Positions 43,332 through 53,321 of a DNA stretch of 64,000 nucleotides are shown here, one piece after another. A model generated the notes under the pieces. The model saw nothing but the letters and a program-made list of their open reading frames with translations, was not told where the DNA came from and did no database searches. Positions within the stretch are counted from its first letter, which is position 1, and each line of letters begins with the position of its first letter. Source of the DNA: an uncultured Nitrososphaerota archaeon (lineage in GTDB: Archaea; Korarchaeota; Korarchaeia; Korarchaeales; Korarchaeaceae); the NCBI GenBank assembly GCA_964594835.1, contig CAZQNA010000001.1, positions 1 to 64,000 on the forward strand, given 5' to 3'. A program made the position numbers and the translations under genes.

Positions 43332-45011
43332 ATGCCCGTGATATCGGTCGGCTACTCGGACCTTTGCAGGCTCGTGGGAGAGCTCATCCCCACGGAGTCC
43401 CTCGAGGACCTCCTCTCGAGGGTTAAGGTGGAGCTCGAGGGCGAGGAGGATGGACAGCTTGAGCTGGAGGTGACGGCTGATCGGCTTGACCTCGTGACCG
43501 TGGAGGGAATTGCGAGGGCGCTGAAGGGACTCTTGGGCAGGGAGACCGGGCTCCCAAGGTACGAGGCCCTCGACTCCGGCTGGGAGATCCGCGTGGACCC
43601 TTCGGTCGAGCGGGTGAGGCCATACGTGGTCGGCGCAGTCGTGGAGGGTGTGGAGTTCGACGAGGATGCCCTGGTGGCGCTGATGAGGGCTCAGGAGAAG
43701 CTACACCAGACTTTGGGGAGGGACAGGCGGAAGATGTCGATGGGAATTCACAACGCCGACGTCATCGAGCCCCCCATATCCTACGCGGCCGAGCCCTCGG
43801 ACCGGGTGAGGTTCGTCCCCCTCGGAGAGGCGGAGGAGATGACGGCGAGGGAGATGCTCAGCAGGACCGAGAAGGGCAGGGAGTACGCTCACCTGGTGGG
43901 CGACGGGTCCGTGGTTCCCGTGCTCCGCGACTCGAAGGGAGACGTCCTCTCGATCCCGCCCATCCTGAACGGGGAGCTTACGAGGGTGACCGAGTCCACC
44001 AGGAACCTGTTCATCGACGTGACGGGCCCCGACCTGAGGGCCATCTCCCAGGCCCTCGTGCTGATCACCACCGCGCTGGCCGAGAGGGGGGGCAGGATAG
44101 GAACCGTGGTGGTCAGGTATCCGGGGGAGCCTGGGGAGCTGATCACGCCCGACCTCTCCACGTCGGAGCTGACGGTGGACGTGAATTACGTGAACTCCGT
44201 GATGGGCCTCAACCTGACGCCGGAGGAGATCGCTGACCTGCTGAGGAGGGTCAGACTGGGGGCCGAGGTCCAGGGGGACTCGGTGAGGGTGCTGATCCCG
44301 CCGTACAGGTTCGACTTCCTCCACCCGGTCGACGTGGTCGAGGAGGTCGCGCAGGCCGTGGGCTACGACAGGCTCGAGCCAGAGCTCCCAGCCTGGGTAT
44401 CCACGTTCGGCCGCAGACACCCGATCGAGAAGGTCTCCGCCCTCGTGCGGACGCTGATGATCGGGATGGGCTACCAGGAAATACTGAACTACGTGATGAC
44501 GAGCAGGGAGGCGCTGTTCGAGAGGGTCCTCAGGCAGGAGTCTCCCGTGGTCGAGGTGGCGAACCCCGTGACGGCCTCCTACTCCGTTCTCAGGGACTCG
44601 CTCCTGCCGGGCGTGATCGCTTTCCTCGCCAGGAACACGGGCGCGCCCCTCCCGCAGAAGGTGTTCGAAGTGGGCGACGTGGTGATACCCGACGAGTCCG
44701 CCGAGACGGGAGCGAGGGACGAGAGGAGGGTCTGCGCCGCCATAGCGGACAGCGAGGTGGGATTCGAGGACATACAGGCCGACCTCTACGCGCTCCTGAG
44801 GAACCTGAACGTCGACTTCGAGGTCAGGCAGGCCCGCCACCCGACGCTCCTGCCCGGCAGAACTGCGGAGATACTCGTGTCCGGAAAGACCGCGGGGGTT
44901 GTGGGCGAGGTCAACCCGGAGGTGCTGGAGCTGAACAAGATCAAGACTCCCGTCGCCGCCTTCGAACTCTCACTTCCGGCCCTGAAGATTATAGGCCCCA
45001 GGGGTCCATAG
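43332..45011 (+). CDS. pheT: Phenylalanine-tRNA ligase beta subunit
   Basis: DRLDL, QEKLH, IPPILN, RFDFLHPVDVVEE, LRDSLLP. Confidence 0.96.
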   Translation: MPVISVGYSDLCRLVGELIPTESLEDLLSRVKVELEGEEDGQLELEVTADRLDLVTVEGIARALKGLLGRETGLPRYEALDSGWEIRVDPSVERVRPYVVGAVVEGVEFDEDALVALMRAQEKLHQTLGRDRRKMSMGIHNADVIEPPISYAAEPSDRVRFVPLGEAEEMTAREMLSRTEKGREYAHLVGDGSVVPVLRDSKGDVLSIPPILNGELTRVTESTRNLFIDVTGPDLRAISQALVLITTALAERGGRIGTVVVRYPGEPGELITPDLSTSELTVDVNYVNSVMGLNLTPEEIADLLRRVRLGAEVQGDSVRVLIPPYRFDFLHPVDVVEEVAQAVGYDRLEPELPAWVSTFGRRHPIEKVSALVRTLMIGMGYQEILNYVMTSREALFERVLRQESPVVEVANPVTASYSVLRDSLLPGVIAFLARNTGAPLPQKVFEVGDVVIPDESAETGARDERRVCAAIADSEVGFEDIQADLYALLRNLNVDFEVRQARHPTLLPGRTAEILVSGKTAGVVGEVNPEVLELNKIKTPVAAFELSLPALKIIGPRGP

Positions 45012-45027
45012 CAGCAGTGCAGATCCC

Positions 45028-45393
45028 ATGCTGGTGGAGTCCACGGGCTTCGGCCACATAGTGATCGACGGCAAGCGGTACGGGCACGACGTCGTCCTGA
45101 CGGACGAGGTTCGCCCCAGGAGGAAGGAGCTCTCCAAGTCCCTCAGGTCGAGGTTCGGTCACACTCCGCTCACGGGCGACGAGATCCTCGCCTACTTCAG
45201 GGACTACAGGCCCGAGGTGATCGTGGTGGGCACCGGGCAGTTCGGGGCTCTCCCGCTGGTCGGGGTCGAGGAGGCGGCCAGGGAGCTCGGTGCGGAGCTG
45301 ATCGCGAAGAGGACGGGGGAGGCCCTGAAGGAGTACAACAGGCTAGTGAAAGAGGGGAGGAGGGTGGCGGCCCTCTTCCACGTCACCTGCTGA
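45028..45393 (+). CDS. Mth938-like domain protein
   Basis: FGHIVIDG, VVGTGQFG, ALFHVTC. Confidence 0.85.
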   Translation: MLVESTGFGHIVIDGKRYGHDVVLTDEVRPRRKELSKSLRSRFGHTPLTGDEILAYFRDYRPEVIVVGTGQFGALPLVGVEEAARELGAELIAKRTGEALKEYNRLVKEGRRVAALFHVTC

Positions 45394-45402
45394 GGCCGCC
45401 CC

Positions 45403-46512
45403 TCAGGATCCCTCCCTGGCCCAGTCCAGCACGTACTCCGCCAGGAGCCTGCTGTTCAGCACTAGGTCCCTCAGGTCCACGACCTCGACGCCGCTGTGCA
45501 TGTACCTGTTGGGGATGGACGAGAGGGCCGTCTTCACGCCGCCCCGGGCTATCTGTATGGCCCAGGTGTCCGTCCCCATGCCCCTGGGGTCGGCCTCCCT
45601 CTGGTGGGGTATCTCCCTCTCCTCCGCGATCTTCAGGAGCCTCTCGACCACCTCCGGGTGGTAGATGGGCCCTATTGAGATCACCGGACCCTTGCCCAGC
45701 TCGGCCCTGACCCTCTCGGGCGGCAGGCCGGGCGAGGTCGCGAAGGTGACGTCGACCACGAGGGCCACGTCTGGCCTCAGCTCGTACCCCATCATGTAGG
45801 CGCCCCTGAGCCCTATCTCCTCCTGAACCGTGGCCACCACGTGAACCCTCACGTCCCTCAGCTCTTCCCTCCTCTCCCACAGCCTCTTGGCTGCCATGAA
45901 GATCGTGGCAACGCCCGACTTGTCGTCGAACCCGCTTCCGACGACCCTGTACCTGGTCAGCTCGTCGTAGGGCGCGTCGAGGATCACGTAGTCCCCGATC
46001 CTCACCCCCATCTCCTTCGCCTGTTCCTTGCTCTCCGCCCCGATGTCTATGGCGAGGTTCTCAAACTCCGGCGGCTTCTCCCTCTGCTCCTTCTTCATGA
46101 GGTGAGGCGGTACCGTTCCTATGACCCCCTTGACGGGCCCCTTCCTGGTGAGGACCCTGACCCTCCAGCCGTACGGGACCTTCGGATCCCACCCTCCGAC
46201 GGGGGAGAACTTCAGGTACCCCTTGTCGTCGATCGCCCTGACGATGAAGCCTACCTGATCGATGTGGGCCACCAGCATGACCGACCGCTTCCCCTCGGGA
46301 TTGATCGTGCCTACGTAGTTGGCCCACCCCGTGACGCGGATCTCGTCGACGTAGGGGCTCAGGAGCTCTCTGACGACCTCTTCGGCCGAGCGCTCCATCC
46401 CAGTCACGGTGGGGGTGGAGACCAGGCGATTCAGCATCCGGGCCGCAAGGGTCCTCTCCTCCTCTGGGACCTCAACGACCTCCCCCTTCTTCTCCTCCTT
46501 TTCCTTGGCCAT
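45403..46512 (-). CDS. M42 family (TET) aminopeptidase
   Basis: AHID, DDKSG, QEEIGLRGA, VDVT, RYMHS. Confidence 0.92.
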   Translation of the reverse strand: MAKEKEEKKGEVVEVPEEERTLAARMLNRLVSTPTVTGMERSAEEVVRELLSPYVDEIRVTGWANYVGTINPEGKRSVMLVAHIDQVGFIVRAIDDKGYLKFSPVGGWDPKVPYGWRVRVLTRKGPVKGVIGTVPPHLMKKEQREKPPEFENLAIDIGAESKEQAKEMGVRIGDYVILDAPYDELTRYRVVGSGFDDKSGVATIFMAAKRLWERREELRDVRVHVVATVQEEIGLRGAYMMGYELRPDVALVVDVTFATSPGLPPERVRAELGKGPVISIGPIYHPEVVERLLKIAEEREIPHQREADPRGMGTDTWAIQIARGGVKTALSSIPNRYMHSGVEVVDLRDLVLNSRLLAEYVLDWAREGS

Positions 46513-46741
46513 AGTAATCGCCGATCGGCACGTAGAGTGGGTAGAAATAAAACCAGCGGTTGGTGAGGCAGGAGATTGGTATTCTACGGTCTCTTCGCCC
46601 TTATCAACCCGCAGAGATCCCTAATGCGAGCGCGTGACCCGCTTCGCGCGGACGACGAGACTGCGAACAGCTATAAGGCAAAGCGCCCCGGACTCGGGAT
46701 CCGGTCGGGGGGCGGCGGGCCTCCCGCAGGGGGTGCGGGTG

Positions 46742-48019
46742 ATGAAAGAGTTCCTCATTGAGGATGTCAGGTCCATGGAGGTCCTCGACTCTAGGGGCAA
46801 TCCCACCGTCAAGACCTGGATTAGGACCTCTGGGGGATTCGTCGGCTCATTCTCGGTTCCGTCTGGTGCCTCCAAGGGTGTTCACGAGGCGGTGGAGCTG
46901 AGGGACGGGGGAAGGAGGCTGGGCGGCAGGGGAGTCCTCAAGGCAGTCGCCAACGTAGAGGGTCCCCTGGCGGCGGTCGTGGTGGGAAGAGACGTCAGGA
47001 TGCAGAGGGAGATAGATCTGGCCATGATAGAGGCCGACGGCACCCCCGACAAGTCGAGGTTCGGGGCCAACGCCATCCTATCCGTCTCGATGGCAGCCGC
47101 GAGGGCCGCCTCGATCGGCCTGAGGATGCCCCTATACCGGTACGTGGGTGGGGTCAACGCCCACGTCCTGCCAGTCCCACTGATGAATGTACTGAATGGG
47201 GGCCTCCACGCTGGAAACGACCTCTCGATCCAGGAGTTCATGATAGTCCCAGCCGCCTTCGACTCTTTCCGCGACGCCCTCTACGCGGCGGTCGAGGTCT
47301 ACAGCGAACTCGGGAGGATCCTGGTGGACAGATACGGGAAGACCGCCAGAAACCTGGGAGACGAGGGGGGATACGCGCCGCCCATGAAGGAGACCAGGGA
47401 GGCCTTGGACGCCCTCATGTCCGCCGTTGAGGCGGCGGGGCACGACGGCAAGGTGTTCCTCGCTCTTGACGCCGCGGCCAGCAGCTTCTACAGGGACGGC
47501 ACCTACTCGCTGGACGGGAGGGACCTGTCCCCGGACGCCCTCCTGGACTACTATGAGAGGCTCCTGGAGGAGTATCCGATAGTCAGCTTGGAGGATCCGT
47601 TCTACGAGGAGGACTTCGAGATCCTCGCGAGGATGACGAGGGAGTTCGGAGACAGGGTTCAGATCGTCGGGGACGACTACTTCACGACGAGCGTGGAGCG
47701 GCTCAAGGTGGGGATAGCGAGGGGCGCGGCGAACTCCCTCCTGTGGAAGATCAACCAGGTCGGGACGCTCACAGAGGCCCTGGAGGCGGCCAGACTGGCG
47801 CAGAGCAATGGATACACGGTGATCGTCAGTCACAGGTCGGGAGAGACGATCGACACGGCAATAGCGGACCTGGCCGTCGCCATAAACGCGGGGCAGATCA
47901 AGACAGGGGCCCCAGCGAGGGGAGAGCGCGTCGCGAAGTACAACAGGCTCCTTGAGATTGAGGAGGATCTCGGCTCAGCCGCCGTGTACCCCGGGCTCTC
48001 AGCCTTCAGGAGGGGCTAG
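46742..48019 (+). CDS. eno: Enolase
   Basis: DSRGNPTV, VPSGAS, GDEGG, KINQVG, SHRSGET, KYNRLL. Confidence 0.97.
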   Translation: MKEFLIEDVRSMEVLDSRGNPTVKTWIRTSGGFVGSFSVPSGASKGVHEAVELRDGGRRLGGRGVLKAVANVEGPLAAVVVGRDVRMQREIDLAMIEADGTPDKSRFGANAILSVSMAAARAASIGLRMPLYRYVGGVNAHVLPVPLMNVLNGGLHAGNDLSIQEFMIVPAAFDSFRDALYAAVEVYSELGRILVDRYGKTARNLGDEGGYAPPMKETREALDALMSAVEAAGHDGKVFLALDAAASSFYRDGTYSLDGRDLSPDALLDYYERLLEEYPIVSLEDPFYEEDFEILARMTREFGDRVQIVGDDYFTTSVERLKVGIARGAANSLLWKINQVGTLTEALEAARLAQSNGYTVIVSHRSGETIDTAIADLAVAINAGQIKTGAPARGERVAKYNRLLEIEEDLGSAAVYPGLSAFRRG

Positions 48020-49411
48020 GTACCTGGCGAAGAAGTCCCTCCGCCTGATCAGCATCTCCCACATGACCGGGAGCAGGTCTCCCCACGCGGGAAACTCCGG
48101 GTCTCCGTCGGTCATGACCCTCGCCCTGTCGGCGGACAGCCTGAGGATCTTTGGGAGGGGGCCTCTCTCGCCGAGGAACTCTCCGGCAAACTCCGTCAGG
48201 TTGCGGGGCCTCCTGAGCTTGTAGACGACCCACCTGCTCCCCTCGATGTAGGGGCCGCCGAGGGTGTCCCTCGCCCGGAGGTGCCTCTCCAAGAACCCCT
48301 CCTCCCCCGGTCCCCCCACCTCTGGGCCCCTCCTCTTGATGACCTCGGGGAGCTCCACCCTCTCCACCTCGGCGATCAGGGCTACCCTGCCCTCCTCGTC
48401 AGTCCATCCCTCGGCCTGTACCGGCAGGAACCCTCGCTCCTCGAGGAACCTCTCGAGCCTTCGCGCGCCGCTCAGGGCCTGGGACCACAGCACGTCCGGC
48501 GCCTCCCGCAGCCCGTCGAAGAGGAAGAGGACGAGGTGAGTTCCCCTCCTCCTGAGCTCGTCCTTCACGTCCTCCAAGCCCACCGGTGGAGTGCCCTTCT
48601 CCGCGAAGAACTCCTCGGTCGGATTTCGCAGCAGAGCCCTGCAGGCCGCCCTGAACCTGCTGAACTGTGTCTCACTCACCGCAGACGCCACGTTCCTCCT
48701 GGGGTCGACCGGATCCACCACGATCATGGGTTCGGCGCACTCACTGACCCAGGCCGGGGGCTCTCCTTCGAGGGTGATCATCACCCTCCTCCCCCAGGAG
48801 GCCGCGGCGCGCACCAGGCCTACGAAGGACCCGTGCGACAGTATAAGGAGCTCTGCGAGGTACCCGCTGAACCCCGAGGTGGATATCTCCGCCCCGTAGG
48901 CGCCTATCCCCCTCATGAACGCCTTGAGGACCCTTACCTCGTCTCTCAACCTGTCGTTCAGTCTCCCCTGGAGGAACCTGTTGTGGAGAACCGTTCTGTC
49001 CACTGGCGACTTGATCTCGTCGTGGCTTGTCACCCTGTAAGCGGGGACTACGTCTATCTCGAACCCCCTTAGCGTGACCACGGCGTAGGGGTGGCTCGCG
49101 TACCTGAGCCTGTACTCCCCAAAGGCCCTCTCGGCGGCGGCCAGGGCCGAGGGCCCCAGCCGGTCGTACGGGTACTCAAGGGGAAAGAGGAGGAGGATGT
49201 CGATATCGGCCTTGCCTGGCAACCAGGTGTCTCTGACGGCTGATCCAACAGGCGCAGGCTCTGCGGGGATCTCCAGATCCTTTAGGGCCGATCTCAGCCT
49301 GTCGACCGATTCCCTAATGACTTCCCTGACCCTCTCCCTCTCGGAGGTTGAGGGCCTCAGCTCCTCCTTCATCCTCTCGACGAGTTCTAGTAGGGGGGAT
49401 TCGTGGCCCAA
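47999..49411 (-). CDS. cca: Archaeal class I CCA-adding enzyme
   Basis: VGSAVRDTWL..DIDI, YASHPY, VDRT, GFSGYLAEL, DPVDPRRNVA. Confidence 0.95.
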   Translation of the reverse strand: MGHESPLLELVERMKEELRPSTSERERVREVIRESVDRLRSALKDLEIPAEPAPVGSAVRDTWLPGKADIDILLLFPLEYPYDRLGPSALAAAERAFGEYRLRYASHPYAVVTLRGFEIDVVPAYRVTSHDEIKSPVDRTVLHNRFLQGRLNDRLRDEVRVLKAFMRGIGAYGAEISTSGFSGYLAELLILSHGSFVGLVRAAASWGRRVMITLEGEPPAWVSECAEPMIVVDPVDPRRNVASAVSETQFSRFRAACRALLRNPTEEFFAEKGTPPVGLEDVKDELRRRGTHLVLFLFDGLREAPDVLWSQALSGARRLERFLEERGFLPVQAEGWTDEEGRVALIAEVERVELPEVIKRRGPEVGGPGEEGFLERHLRARDTLGGPYIEGSRWVVYKLRRPRNLTEFAGEFLGERGPLPKILRLSADRARVMTDGDPEFPAWGDLLPVMWEMLIRRRDFFARYLAPPEG

Positions 49412-49470
49412 CGCCGCGTCGCGGCTGCGGCCCGCGGGGCAATAATATCATCCCCCCACATCCCGACTCG

Positions 49471-50244
49471 GTGACCGCCTGGACGGCCGTCAGGATAGCC
49501 TACCTGGGCTCTGGCTTCTTTGGGTTCGCGAGGCAGCCGGGCTTGAGGACCGTTCAGGGTGAGCTGGAGGACGCCCTCGCGGACCTGGGGTACCTGAGGG
49601 AGGGAGGGCTCAGGGTCACCAGCAGGACGGACAGGGGGGTATCCGCCCTGGACAACGTGGTCGTCTTCAGGTCCGAGGGGGAGGTCTCCCTCGGGGCCTT
49701 GAACGCCAGGCTCTCAGAGGACCTCTGCGCGTGGGGAGTGGCCAGCCTTGGGGGCCCCGGAGACCTGAGGTGCCGGTGGAAGGTGTACCTCTACGTCTCG
49801 CCGGCCCTCCTGGCCCCTCCCCTCGATGCCCTGAGGGGGGCGCTGCTGGAGGCCAGGAGGCTTGGGGGAGCCGCCTTCTGCAGGAGCGGCGAGGCACCCT
49901 TCCCCGAGGTCGGAGTGCTCGACCTCTACCCACTCACCAGGGGGCTGATCTTTCGGGGTGAGAGGTTCTGCTGGGAGATGGTGAGGCGGATCGTGGGGTT
50001 CACCCTCGAGCTTTCCACCAGGGGGAGGAGTGTGGTGAGGCCCGCCCCGCCCGGCGGGCTCCTCCTGCTGAGGACAGCGTGCGAGGGCGCGGACTTCCAA
50101 CTTGACCCGAGACCCCTGCGCAGGATGGCGGAGAGGTACGCCAGACTCGCGGACTTCTGGGCGGGTCAGGTGGCGCTGGTGTCCCTGGCCTCCGGCTCGG
50201 TGGACGTGGAAGAGGTCATCTCTTGGTCGCGATCACCGTTCTAG
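49471..50244 (+). CDS. truA: tRNA pseudouridine synthase TruA (compact)
   Basis: IAYLGSGFFGFARQP, SRTDRGVSA, EMVRRIVG, APPGGLLL; GTG start at 49471. Confidence 0.85.
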   Translation: MTAWTAVRIAYLGSGFFGFARQPGLRTVQGELEDALADLGYLREGGLRVTSRTDRGVSALDNVVVFRSEGEVSLGALNARLSEDLCAWGVASLGGPGDLRCRWKVYLYVSPALLAPPLDALRGALLEARRLGGAAFCRSGEAPFPEVGVLDLYPLTRGLIFRGERFCWEMVRRIVGFTLELSTRGRSVVRPAPPGGLLLLRTACEGADFQLDPRPLRRMAERYARLADFWAGQVALVSLASGSVDVEEVISWSRSPF

Positions 50245-50494
50245 TCTCCACGACGTACCACCTGACCCTGTCCCGGAACCACCTCCAGAACCTGACGTAG
50301 GCGTCCATGCTGTCACACTCCAGCATCAGGAAGCCGTTGTAGGACGTCCCCCAGGCGTGGTCGTAGACGCCGAGCAGCCTGACCTCCGGCGGCCACTCGG
50401 CCATCATCTCCTCCCACTCGCGCCTGGCCTTCTCCTCCTCCTCGTCCGACATCTCCTTGAGCTTGTAGAAGACGATGTACACGTACGTGGGCAT
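50216..50494 (-). CDS. Small hypothetical protein (ferredoxin-like alpha+beta fold inferred)
   Basis: 92 aa from ATG 50494; host-typical codons; alternating beta/alpha pattern. Confidence 0.65.
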   Translation of the reverse strand: MPTYVYIVFYKLKEMSDEEEEKARREWEEMMAEWPPEVRLLGVYDHAWGTSYNGFLMLECDSMDAYVRFWRWFRDRVRWYVVETRTVIATKR

Positions 50495-50528
50495 GGCTCC
50501 AACCCAGCGGGACGGGCGGCCGTTCATA

Positions 50529-52079
50529 TTAAGGGTGAGGGGGACGGACCGGACACACCCCACACGCCCAGCAGCGCTCGTCGCAGCTCGGCGTCACCTG
50601 GCCAGCCTCCGCCCTCTTGAGCTCCGTGAGGAGCGCCTCGTCGGTCACCCCTGTATCGACGGCTCTCCTCCAGGGAACGTCGCGGCGGCCGTAGAGGACG
50701 CGCTCCGGATCGATGCCCCACCTGGAGAATGAACGGGCGTAGTTTGACAGCTGGTAGGGGCCCGTCGAGGCCTCGATCAGGGCCTCCCCGGACCCGCGCG
50801 GGGCGAGGGAGATGAGGCCCTGCACTGCCGCCCTGCCGGGGTGGACGGCCTTGACCCTCACCCCTGCCCTGGACCTGAGGTACCCCACTCTCGCCCTGTA
50901 GACCTCCCGCCGAGTCATGGGGACGCCCTGGAACGGGGTGTGCGGCTTGGGAACGAACTGGCTGACGGAGACGTCGACCCTCACGCCCGCCGACTTGACT
51001 CGGGATACCATCTCCGCGGTCGAGGCGAGGTCCTCCTTGGTCTCTCCGGGCAGGCCGACCATGAGGTAGAGCTTGACCTCCCAGATGTCCGCCGACTTGA
51101 GGATCTCGACGGCGCTCAGGATCTCCTCGAGGACCGTCCTCTTGTTGATCGCCGCCGCCAGCCTGGGGCTGCCTGTCTCGGGGGCGAGCGATACCTTCCT
51201 CACACCCGACCCCCTCAGGACCTCTCCCATCTCCGGGGTCAACATGTCCGCCCTGAGCGACGGGAGCGAGGGCCTGAGCCCCGCATCCACCACGCTCTGC
51301 AGGACGTCGACGGTCCTTGGATGGCCGAGGACGTCGCTTCCTATCACGTAAACCCTCTCAAACCCCAGCTCCGCGGCGAGCTCCACCTGACCCAATAGCT
51401 GGCTCAGCGGCCTGTCTCTCCTCGGCCTCTGAGTCCAGCCCAGGAGGCAGAACCTGCACCCGTGAGAACACCCCCTCGAGAGTTCCAGGAGGAAGGGGTT
51501 CTGACCCCCGTCACGGAACCTTGCCCTTATCTGCCTCTCGGGCAGGTAGGTCAGGGGGGATCGCCTGAACCTCGCCCGCCCTCCGGGGAGGTAGGCCCCC
51601 TCGACCTCCTTGAGGCTCTCCGCGTCTCCCCCCTCTAGGAAGACCCTCAAGATCTCTTGGACGACCCCCTCTCCGTCCCCCACGACCGAGACGTCGGCGA
51701 ATCCCTCGAAGGGCAGCGGGTTGGCGGTGACGGGTCCACCGACGACCAGCCTGACCTCCCTGTCCCCCCTGCGAGGGGAGATAGAGTACTCCCTAAGCAT
51801 TCGGAGCAGCGTGTGGACCTGCCCCTCGAAGTGCAGGGACGCCAGTATCACGTCGAACTCTCTCAGATCTGATCCGCTCTCCACCGATCCGACCGAGTCT
51901 GACGTGAACCTCTCCGCCATCACCCCGGGCACGGAGTTGGCCAGGAAGTAGATCATCTGATGGCCGAGCGAGTTGACCGCGGCCTGGTAGGGTCCCGGGT
52001 ATACCACGGCCACCCTGAGCCCGTAGTCCCTAGGATCTCTATCGTAGAAGCCGCCTTCCTCCAGGACCCCCCGGTGCAT
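50529..52079 (-). CDS. Radical SAM protein with an N-terminal B12-binding-like domain
   Basis: SLGHQ, VGGP, GDGE, ELSRGCSHGCRFC, APETG, FVPKPHTPF; C-terminal Cys cluster. Confidence 0.88.
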   Translation of the reverse strand: MHRGVLEEGGFYDRDPRDYGLRVAVVYPGPYQAAVNSLGHQMIYFLANSVPGVMAERFTSDSVGSVESGSDLREFDVILASLHFEGQVHTLLRMLREYSISPRRGDREVRLVVGGPVTANPLPFEGFADVSVVGDGEGVVQEILRVFLEGGDAESLKEVEGAYLPGGRARFRRSPLTYLPERQIRARFRDGGQNPFLLELSRGCSHGCRFCLLGWTQRPRRDRPLSQLLGQVELAAELGFERVYVIGSDVLGHPRTVDVLQSVVDAGLRPSLPSLRADMLTPEMGEVLRGSGVRKVSLAPETGSPRLAAAINKRTVLEEILSAVEILKSADIWEVKLYLMVGLPGETKEDLASTAEMVSRVKSAGVRVDVSVSQFVPKPHTPFQGVPMTRREVYRARVGYLRSRAGVRVKAVHPGRAAVQGLISLAPRGSGEALIEASTGPYQLSNYARSFSRWGIDPERVLYGRRDVPWRRAVDTGVTDEALLTELKRAEAGQVTPSCDERCWACGVCPVRPPHP

Positions 52080-52102
52080 CCGTGACCACACCTGAAGAAG
52101 TC

Positions 52103-52178
52103 TGGTGGGCCGGGTGGGACTCGAACCCACGGCCTCCGCCTCGTAAGGGCGGCGTCATAGCCACTAGACCACCGGCCC
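52103..52178 (-). tRNA. tRNA-Val(TAC), intronless, CCA encoded
   Basis: GGGCCGG acceptor stem, anticodon arm CCGCC-CTTACGA-GGCGG, GTTCGAGTC T-loop. Confidence 0.95.
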
Positions 52179-52188
52179 TCCCTGGGAG

Positions 52189-52276
52189 TGGCGCCGGGGG
52201 TGGGATTCGAACCCACGCGGCCCAATGGGCCACGGGCTCTCCAGGCCCGCCCCCTACCTGGCTAGGGCACCCCGGC
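52189..52276 (-). tRNA. tRNA-Ser(GGA), long variable arm, CCA encoded
   Basis: GCCGGGG acceptor stem, CGGGC-CTGGAGA-GCCCG anticodon arm, GTTCGAATC T-loop. Confidence 0.95.
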
Positions 52277-52301
52277 TCCCTGTCCACCCCTTTAACCTCG
52301 G

Positions 52302-52308
52302 TTATAAC
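52302..52308 (-). promoter_or_regulatory. Probable TATA box of the tRNA pair, overlapping the cbf5 stop codon
   Basis: GTTATAA about 26-31 nt upstream of the tRNA-Ser 5' end. Confidence 0.5.
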
Positions 52309-53321
52309 GATTTGCGTCCCCTCCAGGCGGGAGGGTAGAGGTCCCTCGGCATTACCACCCTCTCGAGATCGGCGGCTATCCCCCTCTCCGCCTGCAGGAT
52401 CTCGGAGGCGTCCATCCTCGATTGGACGAGCGCCACGAGTTCGCCCTTCAGCGTGACGGCCAGGGCGACCCCTCCCCTCCTGAGCCCCTCGCTCACGGCG
52501 ACGATCCCGGGCACCTTGACCGCGTCTCCGTGTGTTATAGCCGACACCGCCGTGTCCTTGACCACGATCCTGGGGACGTAGTCCAGTACCTCCTCGATCG
52601 GCCTGACCACCCTCCTCAGGAGCGTGTCGTCCCCCTCCAGCCAGGCCCTCGAGGCCTTCTCCAGGTCCTGCAGGGTGACCGAGTCCCTCTCGTGCATGGG
52701 GCCAGACCTGACCCGCCTGAGCTCCCTCATGCTCGCCCCAACGCCAAGAACCTCTCCCACATCGTAGAAGAGCCTTCTGATGTAGGTACCGGCCTCCACG
52801 ACGGCCCTCACGAGCGCGTACCTCCCCTCCCTCTCCAGGAGTTCGAGCTCGCAGACCCTCCTGACTCTGAGGTCCCTCGCCACGGCCGCCTTGACGGGGG
52901 GCCTCTGGTATATCGGGCCGGTGAACATCTCCAGGGCCCCCCTCAGCTCCTCGTCCCCCACATCCCCGTGCAGGTAGAGCACGCCGATGTACTCCTTCCC
53001 GGCCCTGGTGACCAGCCTGCTGAGCCTCGTGGCCCTGCCGAGCAGGATGGGGAGCACTCCCGTGACCTTCGGATCTCCCCGGCCTCAGAGGGCCTCTAGG
53101 GTCCCGCAGTGCCCCACCCTGCCCGGGAACCCCAGGATGGTCCTGACCCACCTGGTGACCTCATGCGAAGTGGGCCCCGACGGCTTGTCCAGGTTGATCG
53201 CTCCAAAGTCCAGGTAGACGTCGATGGGCCTCTCCCGGGGTGGGTAGCCGTATGGCCCCGGCTCCGACTCCTCCCTAACCAGGAGTCGACCGGGCCCCGG
53301 CTCCCCGGGGGGGCAGATCAA
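52302..53321 (-). CDS. cbf5: H/ACA RNA-guided pseudouridine synthase Cbf5 (two exons; 332 aa after splicing)
   Basis: NLDKPSGPTSHEV, GHCGTL-D-PKVTGVL (after removing 21 nt), KEY, IYQRPP, GTYIR, PUA domain; TTG start at 53321. Confidence 0.93.
53075..53095 (-). other. 21-nt BHB intron in cbf5 mRNA
   Basis: GGA-CCCU-AGA-GGCC-CUCUGA-GGCC-GGGG-AGA-UCC forms a canonical helix-bulge-helix-bulge-helix; contains an in-frame UGA. Confidence 0.92.

Noticed and set aside
52103-52276. tRNAs as integration sites or intron-containing tRNAs
   Set aside because: No duplicated tRNA fragment or integrase in the window; both cloverleafs are uninterrupted
53085-53087. In-frame TGA in cbf5 as selenocysteine, readthrough or pseudogene
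   Set aside because: Readthrough would leave a 7-residue insert in the catalytic motif; the perfect BHB explains it as an intron
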